DNA of 64,000 nt from a virus (IMGVR_UViG_2609460060_000003:31136-95135), one strand, 5' to 3'; positions 52,702 to 63,020 are shown, counted from the stretch's first letter. The notes: generated by a model not told the origin, from the letters alone. Numbers and translations are program-made.

Positions 52702-52727
52702 GGCGGCCATTAGGCCGCCTTTTTTTT
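52702..52727 (+). terminator. hairpin with T-tract just upstream of ref
   Basis: GGCGGCC-ATTA-GGCCGCC followed by TTTTTTTT, ending 6 nt before the ref ATG. Confidence 0.5.
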
Positions 52728-52732
52728 GCCAT

Positions 52733-53293
52733 ATGAAAACAATCGAACAAAAAATTGAACAGCGCCGCGAGTGGCAGAAGGCAGCCAGAGAACGAGCGAT
52801 CGCTCGGCAACGGGAAAAGTTGGCTGACCCCGCCTGGCGAGAATCGCAATATCAGAAAATGCGGGATACTATCGACCGCCGTATCGCTAAACAGAAAGAG
52901 CGCCCACCAGCCAGCAAAACGCGGAAAAGCGCGGTAAAAATAAAATCTCGTGGCTTGAAGGGGAGAACACCAACGGCGGAGGAACGGCGCATCGCCAATG
53001 CTCTTGGCGCTCTCCCCTGCATTGCCTGCTACATGCATGGAGTAATATCTGAAGAGGTGTCTCTGCACCATATCTCCGGTCGTACCGCGCCGGATTGTCA
53101 CAAAAAGCAATTGCCCCTTTGCAGATGGCACCACCAGCATGCAGCACCGGCTGAAGTAAGAGAAAAATACCCTTGGCTGGTCCCTGTTCATGCCGATGGT
53201 GTGGTTGGAGGCAAGAAAGAATTCACCTTGCTGAACAAGTCAGAGATGGAGTTGCTGGCTGACGCCTATGAGATGGCAAACATCATGCACTAA
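52733..53293 (+). CDS. ref: Ref (HNH-type recombination enhancement endonuclease)
   Basis: 186 aa from ATG 52733; Cys/His HNH-like core CIACYMHG...HHISGRTAPDCHKKQLPLCRWHH. Confidence 0.8.
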   Translation: MKTIEQKIEQRREWQKAARERAIARQREKLADPAWRESQYQKMRDTIDRRIAKQKERPPASKTRKSAVKIKSRGLKGRTPTAEERRIANALGALPCIACYMHGVISEEVSLHHISGRTAPDCHKKQLPLCRWHHQHAAPAEVREKYPWLVPVHADGVVGGKKEFTLLNKSEMELLADAYEMANIMH

Positions 53294-53443
53294 TAAATAT
53301 ATTATTTTTAATCTGAAATAATTGACAACTGACAAGTGACTTCAGTCAGAATCATCACACGCCCGGTACGGATGGATCCCTTTTCAAATATTCCATGGAC
53401 GGCACAGTCTGAGTACCGGGCGCTACCTTCAGTTGTATTGCTA

Positions 53444-53470
53444 AGCCGCCGCTGGTGGCTTTTCTTTTTT
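53444..53470 (+). terminator. hairpin with T-tract upstream of mat
   Basis: AGCCGCC-gct-GGTGGCT then TTTCTTTTTT. Confidence 0.4.
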
Positions 53471-53480
53471 GTGGGGCGCT

Positions 53481-54122
53481 ATGGATAAGAAAATATGCGT
53501 TGTTTCAATGAGCGTCGGCAAACCGGCGTCAATGACTGCTGCATGGATCAACAATGAGCTGATAATGGCTGAGCGGACCAGCTACCCTGAACGCCGCCGC
53601 GACATGGAACTCCAGCTGCTGCGCGAATTGCGAGAAAAAGAGGAAAAGGGTTTTATCGTGCTGGTGGAAGAGGAAAACAGCTTTATTACTGGTCGAGTTG
53701 GCCAGCGTGTAAGGTTGCGAGATCCCTTTATGAACGGCAGGCCGGTACTGATTGAAGCAATGCAGATTTACAAGGAATTGGAACGCCAGAAAGCGATCAA
53801 GTTACCGCGCAAAGAATCCGGCAAATACATCCTCCACCAAAGCATCTTCGATTCCGAACACGACAAAAAAGGCGATGAATTTTTCAACATCAACTGGAGC
53901 GAAATAACGACAGAGCATGTTCTGACGTTACTATGTTGCTTTGCGACGGAATACAACAACGTTGCCAGCGCAGACTACATCAGGGCAATGGCTGGAGAAG
54001 TTGAGGCACGCCAGGAACCATCGTTACTAAGCCCTCTGATTAACATAATTCGCGGAACCCAAACGCTGGCACAAAAACAGGTGCCTAAGGGAGTATTAAC
54101 AGGAAAAGGAAATTATCTATAA
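53481..54122 (+). CDS. Mat-like protein (P1 mat position)
   Basis: 213 aa from ATG 53481; backbone-like GC; between ref and the variable slot. Confidence 0.45.
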   Translation: MDKKICVVSMSVGKPASMTAAWINNELIMAERTSYPERRRDMELQLLRELREKEEKGFIVLVEEENSFITGRVGQRVRLRDPFMNGRPVLIEAMQIYKELERQKAIKLPRKESGKYILHQSIFDSEHDKKGDEFFNINWSEITTEHVLTLLCCFATEYNNVASADYIRAMAGEVEARQEPSLLSPLINIIRGTQTLAQKQVPKGVLTGKGNYL

Positions 54123-54178
54123 ACGTCAATGCATTAGGGTATACTTCTCCGTAGAACTATAAGTAAATGGAGTAAGTA

Positions 54179-55483
54179 ATGAGCGAGTATATAGAAATTG
54201 CCTATGCAGCAGCTACACATAGGCTGTGCTTTCTTACAGGCACTGGATTTTCAAAGGCTGTTTCTGATGATAAAGCCCCAAGTTGGCAATCTTTATTGGA
54301 GCAACTGTGCGGTTTATTGAAGGATGGTGACTCACTCAAAGAGGAATTATTTCCTGATGGAAAAGCAAAAGACCTTAGCCTTGAAGAGGCTGCTCAGGTT
54401 ATTGCACTAAAATTTATACTTTCGGGGAAAAATATTTACCAGGAGATTGAGAAAATCATAGCCTCAATCGAACTTGATCCATCAATTGAATATATTCAAG
54501 ACTTTTTCAAAGAAAACACATTTAAAGTAATTACGACAAATTATGACAAGTTAGCAGAAAAACTGGCTGGAGAGAATCGAACGTGTACAATCACCCCCGG
54601 CCTGCCAATTCCAAAATATAATTGTGAGGTTAAAGTCTACCATGTTCACGGCTCTATAGACTCCCCATCAGATATGGTTGTTACTAGCGAGGATTATTTC
54701 AGATTTATAAATGGTAATTCTTACTTTTCAAATAAACTAAGCACAGTTCTACATGAAAACACTATTGTTATTCTTGGCTATTCTCTAAGTGACGCGAACC
54801 TCAAGGCGATTATAAATGAATATAAGGTATTTTCACGGGACAACGTAATGTCCTCCAATATTTTCCTTATTTCCCGAGGAAAACTATTGCAACCTATTAA
54901 AGATTACTATTTTTCCTGCTTTGGGATTAGGGTTATAGATAAAACAGAGGTGTCTGATTTCTTTAGAAAACTTAACAAGAAAATTCCAGAAGCAAAAAAA
55001 ATAAAAGACAAATTGAGGCACTCAATCAAATCGGTAATAAAAAACGGAAGAGAGTATAAAATAGAGTTCTTGAAGTTAGAGGATTCTTTTTATCATATCA
55101 TTTCCTCCATTTCATCATCTGGATATAGCTGGAATGATGAAAAGGTATTAAATGTTTTTTGTGATATAATAGATAAAAAAATAGATCTTACTAAAGAGTC
55201 TGGCGCATGGGAGCAGTATGAACACTTGGCAAAATGGCTTATTTATTTCGGTAGTTTATTTGAAGTAAAAGGAACCAACTTTGAGAAAAAATACATACAT
55301 GCGGTTGAACACTCAATGACTTATATGAATAAACCTTACGAAACAGGCTACTCATGGCGAGCATATCTAGCCTGGAAAACAAAATGGCCTTCACTGACAG
55401 CATCTAACCGCTCTCTTATTAAGAGTAAGATGGAAGAAATCCCGCTACAACAGATTCACGATATTATATCTAAGTTTATATAG
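54179..55483 (+). CDS. SIR2-family (SIR2_2-like) protein with uncharacterised C-terminal domain
   Basis: 434 aa; GGAG 8 nt upstream of ATG; ordered motifs CFLTGTGFS (17-25), VITTNYD (N121), VYHVHGS (H157), IVILGYSLSD (196-205); AT-rich relative to flanks. Confidence 0.7.
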   Translation: MSEYIEIAYAAATHRLCFLTGTGFSKAVSDDKAPSWQSLLEQLCGLLKDGDSLKEELFPDGKAKDLSLEEAAQVIALKFILSGKNIYQEIEKIIASIELDPSIEYIQDFFKENTFKVITTNYDKLAEKLAGENRTCTITPGLPIPKYNCEVKVYHVHGSIDSPSDMVVTSEDYFRFINGNSYFSNKLSTVLHENTIVILGYSLSDANLKAIINEYKVFSRDNVMSSNIFLISRGKLLQPIKDYYFSCFGIRVIDKTEVSDFFRKLNKKIPEAKKIKDKLRHSIKSVIKNGREYKIEFLKLEDSFYHIISSISSSGYSWNDEKVLNVFCDIIDKKIDLTKESGAWEQYEHLAKWLIYFGSLFEVKGTNFEKKYIHAVEHSMTYMNKPYETGYSWRAYLAWKTKWPSLTASNRSLIKSKMEEIPLQQIHDIISKFI

Positions 55484-55491
55484 TATATTTA

Positions 55492-55520
55492 TCTCCGGCC
55501 TAATCTCCCTAGGCCGGAGA
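55492..55520. other. inverted repeat between convergent SIR2-like gene and lxc
   Basis: TCTCCGGCC-N11-GGCCGGAGA, 9-bp stem, no clear U-tract. Confidence 0.4.
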
Positions 55521-55524
55521 GTTC

Positions 55525-55773
55525 TTAATCAGCATTCAGGAGCAATGCGTTATCTATGATGATCTGCTCCCATTCCTCGAATGCCCGGTCGCGGACGCCC
55601 TGGGGAACGCTGTTAGTTTTGAAATCGACGACCGTCCGCCATTTTCCGTCCGGACGGTACATGCGCAGAGCTTTACTTCCCCCTTCCCTGCGCACCTCAA
55701 CGTTATGCTTGTCAGCAAACTCTTGTAATGCTCGTAGCGTCCCATGCTTTACTGTGTAGTATCGCTTTTTCAA
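55525..55773 (-). CDS. lxc: Lxc/Bof-like C1 co-repressor
   Basis: 82-aa ORF at the end of the darB operon. Confidence 0.5.
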   Translation of the reverse strand: MKKRYYTVKHGTLRALQEFADKHNVEVRREGGSKALRMYRPDGKWRTVVDFKTNSVPQGVRDRAFEEWEQIIIDNALLLNAD

Positions 55774-56210
55774 GTTTTCTCTCCAGCCTGTGCCAAGGCT
55801 TCAACTTCCAAATCGTAAGACTCAAACTCATAGTCCTGGTCGTCAACTTCTTCAGGCACTGGCAGTAAATGCCAGGCTGAGTATATCTGACCATTATCAA
55901 AACGCTCCTGGCTGTAGAGCGTCGCGGCTATGAGTGTTAGCGCCGGGCGGTCATAACGGTAAATTTTGCGAACGTCACGGTCAACGAGACGACCGAAATT
56001 ACCATAACCGCGCTCCAGTAATAATTTTTTAATTTCCGGCCAGTATGGACCATAGCTGCGGTACAGGCGGGGATTTTTCAGTAATCGCCCGCGTAGCCCT
56101 GACAGGAAGAAATCAACGTATTCGTCTTCTGTCTTTCCTAACAACGCTGTACGGAGTACCGCCTCAAGATATGTTTTATTCGGTTTTATTGTATCAGATA
56201 GTGTGGCCAT
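55770..56210 (-). CDS. ulx: hypothetical protein between darB and lxc
   Basis: 146-aa ORF, stop overlapping lxc start. Confidence 0.45.
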   Translation of the reverse strand: MATLSDTIKPNKTYLEAVLRTALLGKTEDEYVDFFLSGLRGRLLKNPRLYRSYGPYWPEIKKLLLERGYGNFGRLVDRDVRKIYRYDRPALTLIAATLYSQERFDNGQIYSAWHLLPVPEEVDDQDYEFESYDLEVEALAQAGEKT

Positions 56211-56243
56211 ATTATGCGACGCCCGGCGAACCGGGCGCTCCTG

Positions 56244-59200
56244 TTATGCGTATTGTTGGATGACGGCCAGAACGTCCGCCACGTTGTGTTTTGTCTCGAT
56301 AATCCACCAGTTACCCGGGAAATCGCTGTTCTTCGCCTTCGCTGGCAGCCAGCGAGCGCCGAATTTCGCCTTGATTGCGTCTTTCGCACGGAAAAGAACG
56401 CCTTTCATGCCTGAGGCTTCCTGAAGCCCAAATACCTCGCCAGCGGCGAATTTTGGTGCGTACATCATCTTCAGGTCGGCGGTGGATACGCGATAATTCA
56501 GACCAAGAGACTGAGCTATGCTGGTGGCATCACCCTGTATTGATGATAACTCTTCTTGTTTCTCGTTTCTGGCGGCAATCTCTTCCTCCGTGATGTTGCC
56601 AAGGGCTAGGTTTATCCGATCAGCGTCGGCCTGTTTCTCTTCATCGGTGCGCCCGGCAAGAACCGTGTTAATTCTCTGCAATATCTCCACATGATTCTTG
56701 CGCATGCTGAGCAATTCCGGCGTAACCTCGTTAAGATCCACCAGCCCAAGGATGGCAAGGTCGGAAAACATTGATACCAGGTTGTAGGTCATGCGATAGC
56801 TGAGTTGACCATAGGCTGATGGCAACTTCACCGCATCCATTTGATAGGCATCCATAAATTTAGAGCCGTCGTTTACGACATCCGCTATTGCAGGTGTGAT
56901 TTTCCCTGTGGTGGCGGCCTCCCTGATTGCTGTTACCCACGATTGAGTCAGCGCGGCGACTGCATGATTCAGATTGGCTTCCCGTTCTGCTGCGATGCGC
57001 GCGCTTGCTGCGTCCATTGCCTGCTTGATCTCGGCTTTATTGCTGTAAATGCCAATGGTGCCAAACTGTGCTGTGGTGATCTCATAATCTGACGCCCGGA
57101 ACTCATTGGTACCGAAAATGGCATTGGTGACTTCAAGTTCAGAATCCCCGTTACGAGTAGCCCCCTGGCTTGTTTTTTCCGGCATTCTGGCGATCGCATC
57201 CGCTATTTTCTCCTGAATTGCTTCAGGGGATAGCGTATCTCCGTATGACGCGATTACATCGCCATAATTGGAGCCAAACAGTTCAACCAGGAATGTTTCT
57301 GCCGAACGGATCTGGCGGTTATTCCCTTCCGACATCATACCAAGCACCCATTTTGCAATTGACGACTTCAGCGCGCCGTCACGGCGATCCGGGTAAACCG
57401 CATGCTTCAGTGGGTCCGTATAGGTACCAACAAAATCGATGCTATAGCCTGACTCTGTAGTCTGAACGCCGTATGAGTCAGTGATTTTGATCATGCCGCG
57501 CTGCTGGAAACGGTAGAAATCGTCACAGGAAATGATGTCGTTAATCCCGGCGATGGAGACGCCACCACTGATTTTCTGCATAACAGCATCTTCATCGGGA
57601 GTTACATCAACCTGTTTATCCAGCGTCTTCACATCCCAGTTACCCGATTTGGTGCCTTTGAAGGTAAAGATGATCTCCACGTCTGCGCGCTGGCTGTCGA
57701 AGTCCAGCGACTTAATGCGAACGATATCACCGGCACAATCATAGTATTGGCCTACACGCCATGAGCGATCGCCGATAACAAGGAACTCATTCGCATGGTT
57801 AACCAGATCAGGATCAACATCCAGAATGCCTTTATTTATTGCATCCTCCACCAGCGGGCGCAGGCGTTTGATATCCGTCGCGGCCTTCTGAGTACGGTTC
57901 AATAATTTCTCATAGCGGGAGATGGCCTGAGAGATATTAGCCTTGCGCTGAATGGCGCTTTTCAACGACGCGCGATACTGTGCTAACAACATACGGTCTG
58001 TGTGATGGACGCTACCCCAGCGGGCTTTCCAGTCTGCGTTATCAGCTGCTTTGGCCATTACCGCCTGTTTGAATTTAGCTACCTCGGCGGTGGTCTTTTC
58101 AAGTTCCGCTTTGCTTCGCTCCAATTCAGCGGTAAGTACCTCCACATCCTCACCAGCTGCGTGCTGCGCCTTGATGTAGTTCTTAAGGTCGATAGTAGCC
58201 TGTTCTTTCTGGCGAGCGCGTTTCGCAGCTTTCGCCTTATCCATTTGAACCTGCATCATTGCCAGACGTTCGCCGTCATCCTTCGCGGTATACATCTGCA
58301 TTTCGATCATGTCATTGGCGTCGGCGTTCTCCATTTCTGACTTATCTGAACGGAGGATATCGGAGATCCAGCCTGCTTTACGCTTCAGCGTCTTCAGTCG
58401 GTATTCATCGAAAGACCCCTTGCCGCAGTAGTAGTGAACGCGAACGCTTGCACGGTTGGAGCCAACTCGTGCACCGCGACCGTTACGTTGTGCGATGCTG
58501 GCTGGTGTCCATGGCAACGTCAGATGATGGATGTCAGTCGTTCCTCGATGCAGGTTGATACCCACCTCTGCCTTTTTGTTGCAGATGATGATCGGAGTCC
58601 GGCCCTCCTGGAAGTCGGCTGCAATCTTTTCCAGACCGCCCAACGACATTTCATTTTGCTGCGCGATATAGGCGTCATACAGAGCCATTTGCTCGTTGTA
58701 TTTCGCTATCTGTGCATCTGTTGGTTCATCCGGTAGCTCTTTCGGCGGTTTAACCGCTTTCAGTTTCTTACCGGTTTTACCTGCCTCGGCAACCGTCTGA
58801 GCATTCAGGATCCCCACCTTTGAAGGTTCAAGGTTTAGAGCATTGCAGATAATGCGCTTGAGCTTCTGGTGCTGCGTTTTTTCATCGGTGAAGATGATTT
58901 GCTTACCTTCCGGGAAAAACTCCTTCAGCGTGGCGATCAGCTTCGCGTATTTCGGCGTAACGGGGTGAGTTACGGTCTGTTCGTCAATGCCAAACCTGGC
59001 CAGGCGCTTATTCACTTCCTGCTCGAACGCTTCCGGAACCTGCAACTGAATAAACTCGCCCTTATCTATCAGGGAGTATTGCGATTGCTGCGTGATTGAA
59101 TCATCACTGTCGTCGTCTTCGCTGGTGGCTTGTTTAGGCAAACTGTCCGCCAGCTGCTGCACCGCATCGGCGTACTCCGGCAGGAAACGATAGGTGATCC

Positions 59201-62200
59201 GGCGATAGTACAGGTCCATGTCAGTACATACGCGGTCCATATCCCTGATTATTGAGAAGATCGGACGGGCTTTCTCGTGCTCAATCACGCCGTCTTCATT
59301 GACCGAGGTCGTTACGCCATTGTTGGCTTTGGCCGCCGCTTCCGCCTGCTGACGCAATTCTTCATACGCCGCCAGTTGTTCTTCAGTAAGTGGTGCATCC
59401 TGCTGGTGTTCGTCCAGCTCCGGGATCTCCACGGTATCCTTAACGTCTTCCGCCGTTTTAAGCGTTACCCAGCGATGGAATATACCGCGCAGCGCATCAA
59501 GGTTTTCAAAGCCCACCAGCGCCATTTTTTCTTCAACTTCACCGCTAATTTTCTGTACCGTTTCCAGCCTGGTCTTGCCGAAGAATTTAACGAAGTCATC
59601 AGGACCGTAGATCCCCATGTTCTGCCAGTATTCCTTCGGCAGAACATGAGAAAGCATGTTGTATGCATCGATCGGGGTGTTAACGACTGGCGTTGCAGTC
59701 AGGAGAACCGGCCCGCGCCCGCCATTCTTTTTCATCAGGTACGCGTTTTTAATTGCCATATCTCGCGCCGATTGCGCCACCGCGCTGGTGGGCAGATAGG
59801 CCAGTTGTGACGCTTCGCGACCATTTTTATAGCTATTGCGGTAGTTGTGACCTTCGTCGGCGATCACACTATCGAAGCCCATATCCTCAAAGTACGGATA
59901 CTTCTCTGCTTTTTCGGTGCCGGTATCTGAATACTCCGACAATACCCGGCGACGCGCGGCCTCTTTGCGGTGGGAGTCGGAGTCCATTGCGCTGGCTACG
60001 CGCCCGGCTGCAACGAAGTCATAAAGCATATCCTGTGCATGCTCATCTACGGTGTCATCACGTAGCGGAATGCGGGCGTATTGTTCTTTGGTAAACACGA
60101 CTGCACGGTAATTTGAGTGCGGGATCGCGTTCATCCGCGCCGTGATAGTGGCTTCATCTGCCAGCTTAAGAGCATCGCGCATAACTGGAGTGCCATCAGT
60201 ACCAAGAACAGGTTTACCGTTCTCATTGAGCACCGGCACCTGGCGAATCTGATCGCCATCCATCAGCACATCAAGACCGACGAACAGGTAGTTACTGAAT
60301 GCCTCTTCACTCAGGAACTCTTTTGCTTCGTAATACCAGTTTTCCAGCACTGATTTAGGCACTACATACGCAGTACGGGTGGAGCGACCGTTCTCATAGT
60401 TGAACGCCTCAAGCGCCAGCGCGGTCGTCGTTTTACCCAGCCCGGTGCCGAAGCCCAGGATGCCGCGCCCATCTTCGGACAGTCGTCTCACCTCGCTATT
60501 CTGGTAATCAAATGGCTGGCGCTTACCGCTTAATCCCTTCAACCCAAGCGGATCGCCAGAGTGTTCATACGGAATATTGCTATTGAAAACATCGTTGTAT
60601 TTGGCAACCAGCTCATCGTAGCGATCGTGCGTCTTGATCCACTTATTGAACTGGTCCTCAAGCAGTGCCATCTGCTCGCGGTAGCCGTTCGCCGTCGCGC
60701 TATCTTTGCCACCGATACGCGCACCATTGAGATACTTTTCCAGCTGTGCCGGGAACCCGGTCGCGTTTTCACCTGATTTACGGTCCCACTCGTAGCGGAT
60801 CTCGCCTGTTTCTTTATCCTTGCGCTGGACGACACCGTATCGGTGCCCGACGAACAGACCATCACCACCGTGATAGGTGTCAGAAACCATTTCGTCGCCT
60901 TCCAGCTGCACTGACTGCACATAGCGAAGATCCGGATAGCCGTTTTCCTGCAAAAATTCCAGAATGACGGAACGGTCGAACCAACGGCTATTGAGCTTAA
61001 AGCGGATATTCTCTGCTGGCGTCTTGATGCGCTTCTCTTCGATCGCTGCCAGCTGATTAAGGACGTTGTTCTTTACTGGACCGTCGGGGAGTGTGGCAAG
61101 GAATTCCTGTTTTGGTGCCACTATCTCGTTAATGTCGCCGCTGGTGGCGCGGGCGAACGGAACAATCCCGCCATACGGTGAAACCGCAATGCCAGGGGTG
61201 CTGGCCAATAAATTAAGCAACTCGTCATCACTGGCTGGCAGTTCGCCGGTAAACGCAAGGCGGAAATCATCGAGCTGGATTGGATCGCGAGTGAGATCAC
61301 TGTAGAGATAACGCAGGGTGTCCTGATAGCTGGTGGAGTCATAACTGGCGCTGGAATCATGCGTAACCAGTTTTCCTGTCAGCTCGTCAGAAATAGTGCC
61401 ATCCAGCTTAATTGCACCACGGAAAGCAAACCAGGCGCGCGCACCGCTCCCCGATAATTTCGCTATCGGACCGCGACCGGGGTTACCAAAACGGTCAATC
61501 TCTGCCTGCAAACGGGATACCAGAGAAAGGCGCTGCTGTTCGATTTGTTCAGCACTATGCCCGGCGGCCTTCATGTCCTGATATTCAATTAACATCCGGC
61601 CAATCATCGCCCCGCGATACAAGCGTTCACGGTATTTTTCAGGCTGGCTGTTAATCCAGTCCACCAGCTGCACCATATCGTCGCTGATTGATGTGGTGTA
61701 CTTATCGCGGACATTTGCCATCTGGGTAAATGTCATGCCGAGACGGCCTTCTGTTGTAGTCAGGTTACGCTGAAGAGCCTCCCAGCTATCCGCGCCATAA
61801 CTGGCAGCATCGATCTTAAGTTCCTTCCCTGCATCAGCTTCAATCCAGCGACCACCAGCATATTTTTGCCATACGCCATTAATCAGGCGCATTTCCCCTT
61901 CACCAACAACGTCTGCGGTCGGTGACGGTTCAGCCATATCGAGCAAAGACCAGTCGATACGGCTTTCGAAACGATGAATCAGCTTCGCTTTAAGAGCCTG
62001 GTTATCAATCTGACCGTCGGCACGAACCTCAATACGCCCCTGGAAGCCCTTTTCCTGGGTGCCATGAACAAACCGGCGGCCATCCTTTTCAAACCACTTG
62101 CCAGAAATAAACGTTGACCAAAGCACATTTGCCGATTCGAGAGTGCTTTCATCCACCAGGGGGATTTTCTCAGCCATCTCTGCCGGATGTTTGCGCATCA

Positions 62201-63011
62201 GCACCACATCTACGACCGTACTGGTCCCGTTAGCGTCAAAAGTACCGGTAGGCAAGCGGTGGGCACCAAGAAATTCAGCTTTCCGTGATAGGCGCAGGCG
62301 TAACCGCTTCATGTTTGAACCTGAAACAATGGACGGCGGCACAATCACGCACATGAATCCGCCTGGCTTTATCTTGTCCAGCATGCGGAGCATGAAGTAA
62401 GAACCCATGTCCGTTTCTTCTGCGTAAGGCTTATCGATGTTGCGTGTGTTATCACGACCACCGAACGGAACGTTACCCACAACATGGTCGAATGAATCGT
62501 TAGGCGTGCTTACAGCCAGTTGTTCGAACGGAGAAATCTGTACGCTGTCTTCCGGGTGCAACAGCTGGTTTATACGACCGGAAACACTGCTGATCTCAGT
62601 CGCGGTCATCACCGTACCAACCGGTTTTGTCTCATTAAAAACGCCGGTTCCCGCCGATGGTTCCAGAGTGTTACCTACGTCCGCGCCGTAGAGCTTCATG
62701 ATCTCCCAGACACCTTCAGCGATAGGCTTTGGTGTGTAATATTCGGAGACGGACCCGCCAATGCCGCCTTCACCAGTGTACCCGGCCAGGATCTGGCGCT
62801 GTTCATCTGTCAGTGTCGCGCCGTCCACCAGCGAATTAAGCAAATCTATCGCCTTCTGATTCGCCTCCCGGCGCAGTCGGTCATAGCTTTTGCCTTCCAC
62901 CTTTTCCACGCCGTATCTAATCGGCGCTCGGTGAGATGTTATTGCCCTAATGTATTTCAATATTTCGCTGACACTTGAACAGCGAAACACCCCTATAGAT
63001 AGCTTGTTCAT
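56244..63011 (-). CDS. darB: DarB antirestriction protein (methyltransferase-like N-terminus, helicase-like core)
   Basis: 2255-aa ORF, same length as recalled P1 DarB; N-terminal VVGNVPFGG N6-MTase-like motif, central helicase-like motifs (GFGTGLGKT, DEGH). Confidence 0.9.
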   Translation of the reverse strand: MNKLSIGVFRCSSVSEILKYIRAITSHRAPIRYGVEKVEGKSYDRLRREANQKAIDLLNSLVDGATLTDEQRQILAGYTGEGGIGGSVSEYYTPKPIAEGVWEIMKLYGADVGNTLEPSAGTGVFNETKPVGTVMTATEISSVSGRINQLLHPEDSVQISPFEQLAVSTPNDSFDHVVGNVPFGGRDNTRNIDKPYAEETDMGSYFMLRMLDKIKPGGFMCVIVPPSIVSGSNMKRLRLRLSRKAEFLGAHRLPTGTFDANGTSTVVDVVLMRKHPAEMAEKIPLVDESTLESANVLWSTFISGKWFEKDGRRFVHGTQEKGFQGRIEVRADGQIDNQALKAKLIHRFESRIDWSLLDMAEPSPTADVVGEGEMRLINGVWQKYAGGRWIEADAGKELKIDAASYGADSWEALQRNLTTTEGRLGMTFTQMANVRDKYTTSISDDMVQLVDWINSQPEKYRERLYRGAMIGRMLIEYQDMKAAGHSAEQIEQQRLSLVSRLQAEIDRFGNPGRGPIAKLSGSGARAWFAFRGAIKLDGTISDELTGKLVTHDSSASYDSTSYQDTLRYLYSDLTRDPIQLDDFRLAFTGELPASDDELLNLLASTPGIAVSPYGGIVPFARATSGDINEIVAPKQEFLATLPDGPVKNNVLNQLAAIEEKRIKTPAENIRFKLNSRWFDRSVILEFLQENGYPDLRYVQSVQLEGDEMVSDTYHGGDGLFVGHRYGVVQRKDKETGEIRYEWDRKSGENATGFPAQLEKYLNGARIGGKDSATANGYREQMALLEDQFNKWIKTHDRYDELVAKYNDVFNSNIPYEHSGDPLGLKGLSGKRQPFDYQNSEVRRLSEDGRGILGFGTGLGKTTTALALEAFNYENGRSTRTAYVVPKSVLENWYYEAKEFLSEEAFSNYLFVGLDVLMDGDQIRQVPVLNENGKPVLGTDGTPVMRDALKLADEATITARMNAIPHSNYRAVVFTKEQYARIPLRDDTVDEHAQDMLYDFVAAGRVASAMDSDSHRKEAARRRVLSEYSDTGTEKAEKYPYFEDMGFDSVIADEGHNYRNSYKNGREASQLAYLPTSAVAQSARDMAIKNAYLMKKNGGRGPVLLTATPVVNTPIDAYNMLSHVLPKEYWQNMGIYGPDDFVKFFGKTRLETVQKISGEVEEKMALVGFENLDALRGIFHRWVTLKTAEDVKDTVEIPELDEHQQDAPLTEEQLAAYEELRQQAEAAAKANNGVTTSVNEDGVIEHEKARPIFSIIRDMDRVCTDMDLYYRRITYRFLPEYADAVQQLADSLPKQATSEDDDSDDSITQQSQYSLIDKGEFIQLQVPEAFEQEVNKRLARFGIDEQTVTHPVTPKYAKLIATLKEFFPEGKQIIFTDEKTQHQKLKRIICNALNLEPSKVGILNAQTVAEAGKTGKKLKAVKPPKELPDEPTDAQIAKYNEQMALYDAYIAQQNEMSLGGLEKIAADFQEGRTPIIICNKKAEVGINLHRGTTDIHHLTLPWTPASIAQRNGRGARVGSNRASVRVHYYCGKGSFDEYRLKTLKRKAGWISDILRSDKSEMENADANDMIEMQMYTAKDDGERLAMMQVQMDKAKAAKRARQKEQATIDLKNYIKAQHAAGEDVEVLTAELERSKAELEKTTAEVAKFKQAVMAKAADNADWKARWGSVHHTDRMLLAQYRASLKSAIQRKANISQAISRYEKLLNRTQKAATDIKRLRPLVEDAINKGILDVDPDLVNHANEFLVIGDRSWRVGQYYDCAGDIVRIKSLDFDSQRADVEIIFTFKGTKSGNWDVKTLDKQVDVTPDEDAVMQKISGGVSIAGINDIISCDDFYRFQQRGMIKITDSYGVQTTESGYSIDFVGTYTDPLKHAVYPDRRDGALKSSIAKWVLGMMSEGNNRQIRSAETFLVELFGSNYGDVIASYGDTLSPEAIQEKIADAIARMPEKTSQGATRNGDSELEVTNAIFGTNEFRASDYEITTAQFGTIGIYSNKAEIKQAMDAASARIAAEREANLNHAVAALTQSWVTAIREAATTGKITPAIADVVNDGSKFMDAYQMDAVKLPSAYGQLSYRMTYNLVSMFSDLAILGLVDLNEVTPELLSMRKNHVEILQRINTVLAGRTDEEKQADADRINLALGNITEEEIAARNEKQEELSSIQGDATSIAQSLGLNYRVSTADLKMMYAPKFAAGEVFGLQEASGMKGVLFRAKDAIKAKFGARWLPAKAKNSDFPGNWWIIETKHNVADVLAVIQQYA

Positions 63012-63020
63012 TGGTAATCC

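Noticed and set aside
54123-56243. Search for type III res/mod genes at the expected P1 position
   Set aside because: No ORF of the required size (~970 and ~650 aa) or with helicase/MTase motifs exists between mat and lxc; the slot holds only the 434-aa SIR2-like gene.
56375-62978. Numerous plus-strand ORFs of 60-180 aa inside darB (e.g. 58002-58340, 59277-59810, 62520-62978)
   Set aside because: They lie antisense within a single uninterrupted 2255-codon gene and have no start signals; shadow ORFs.
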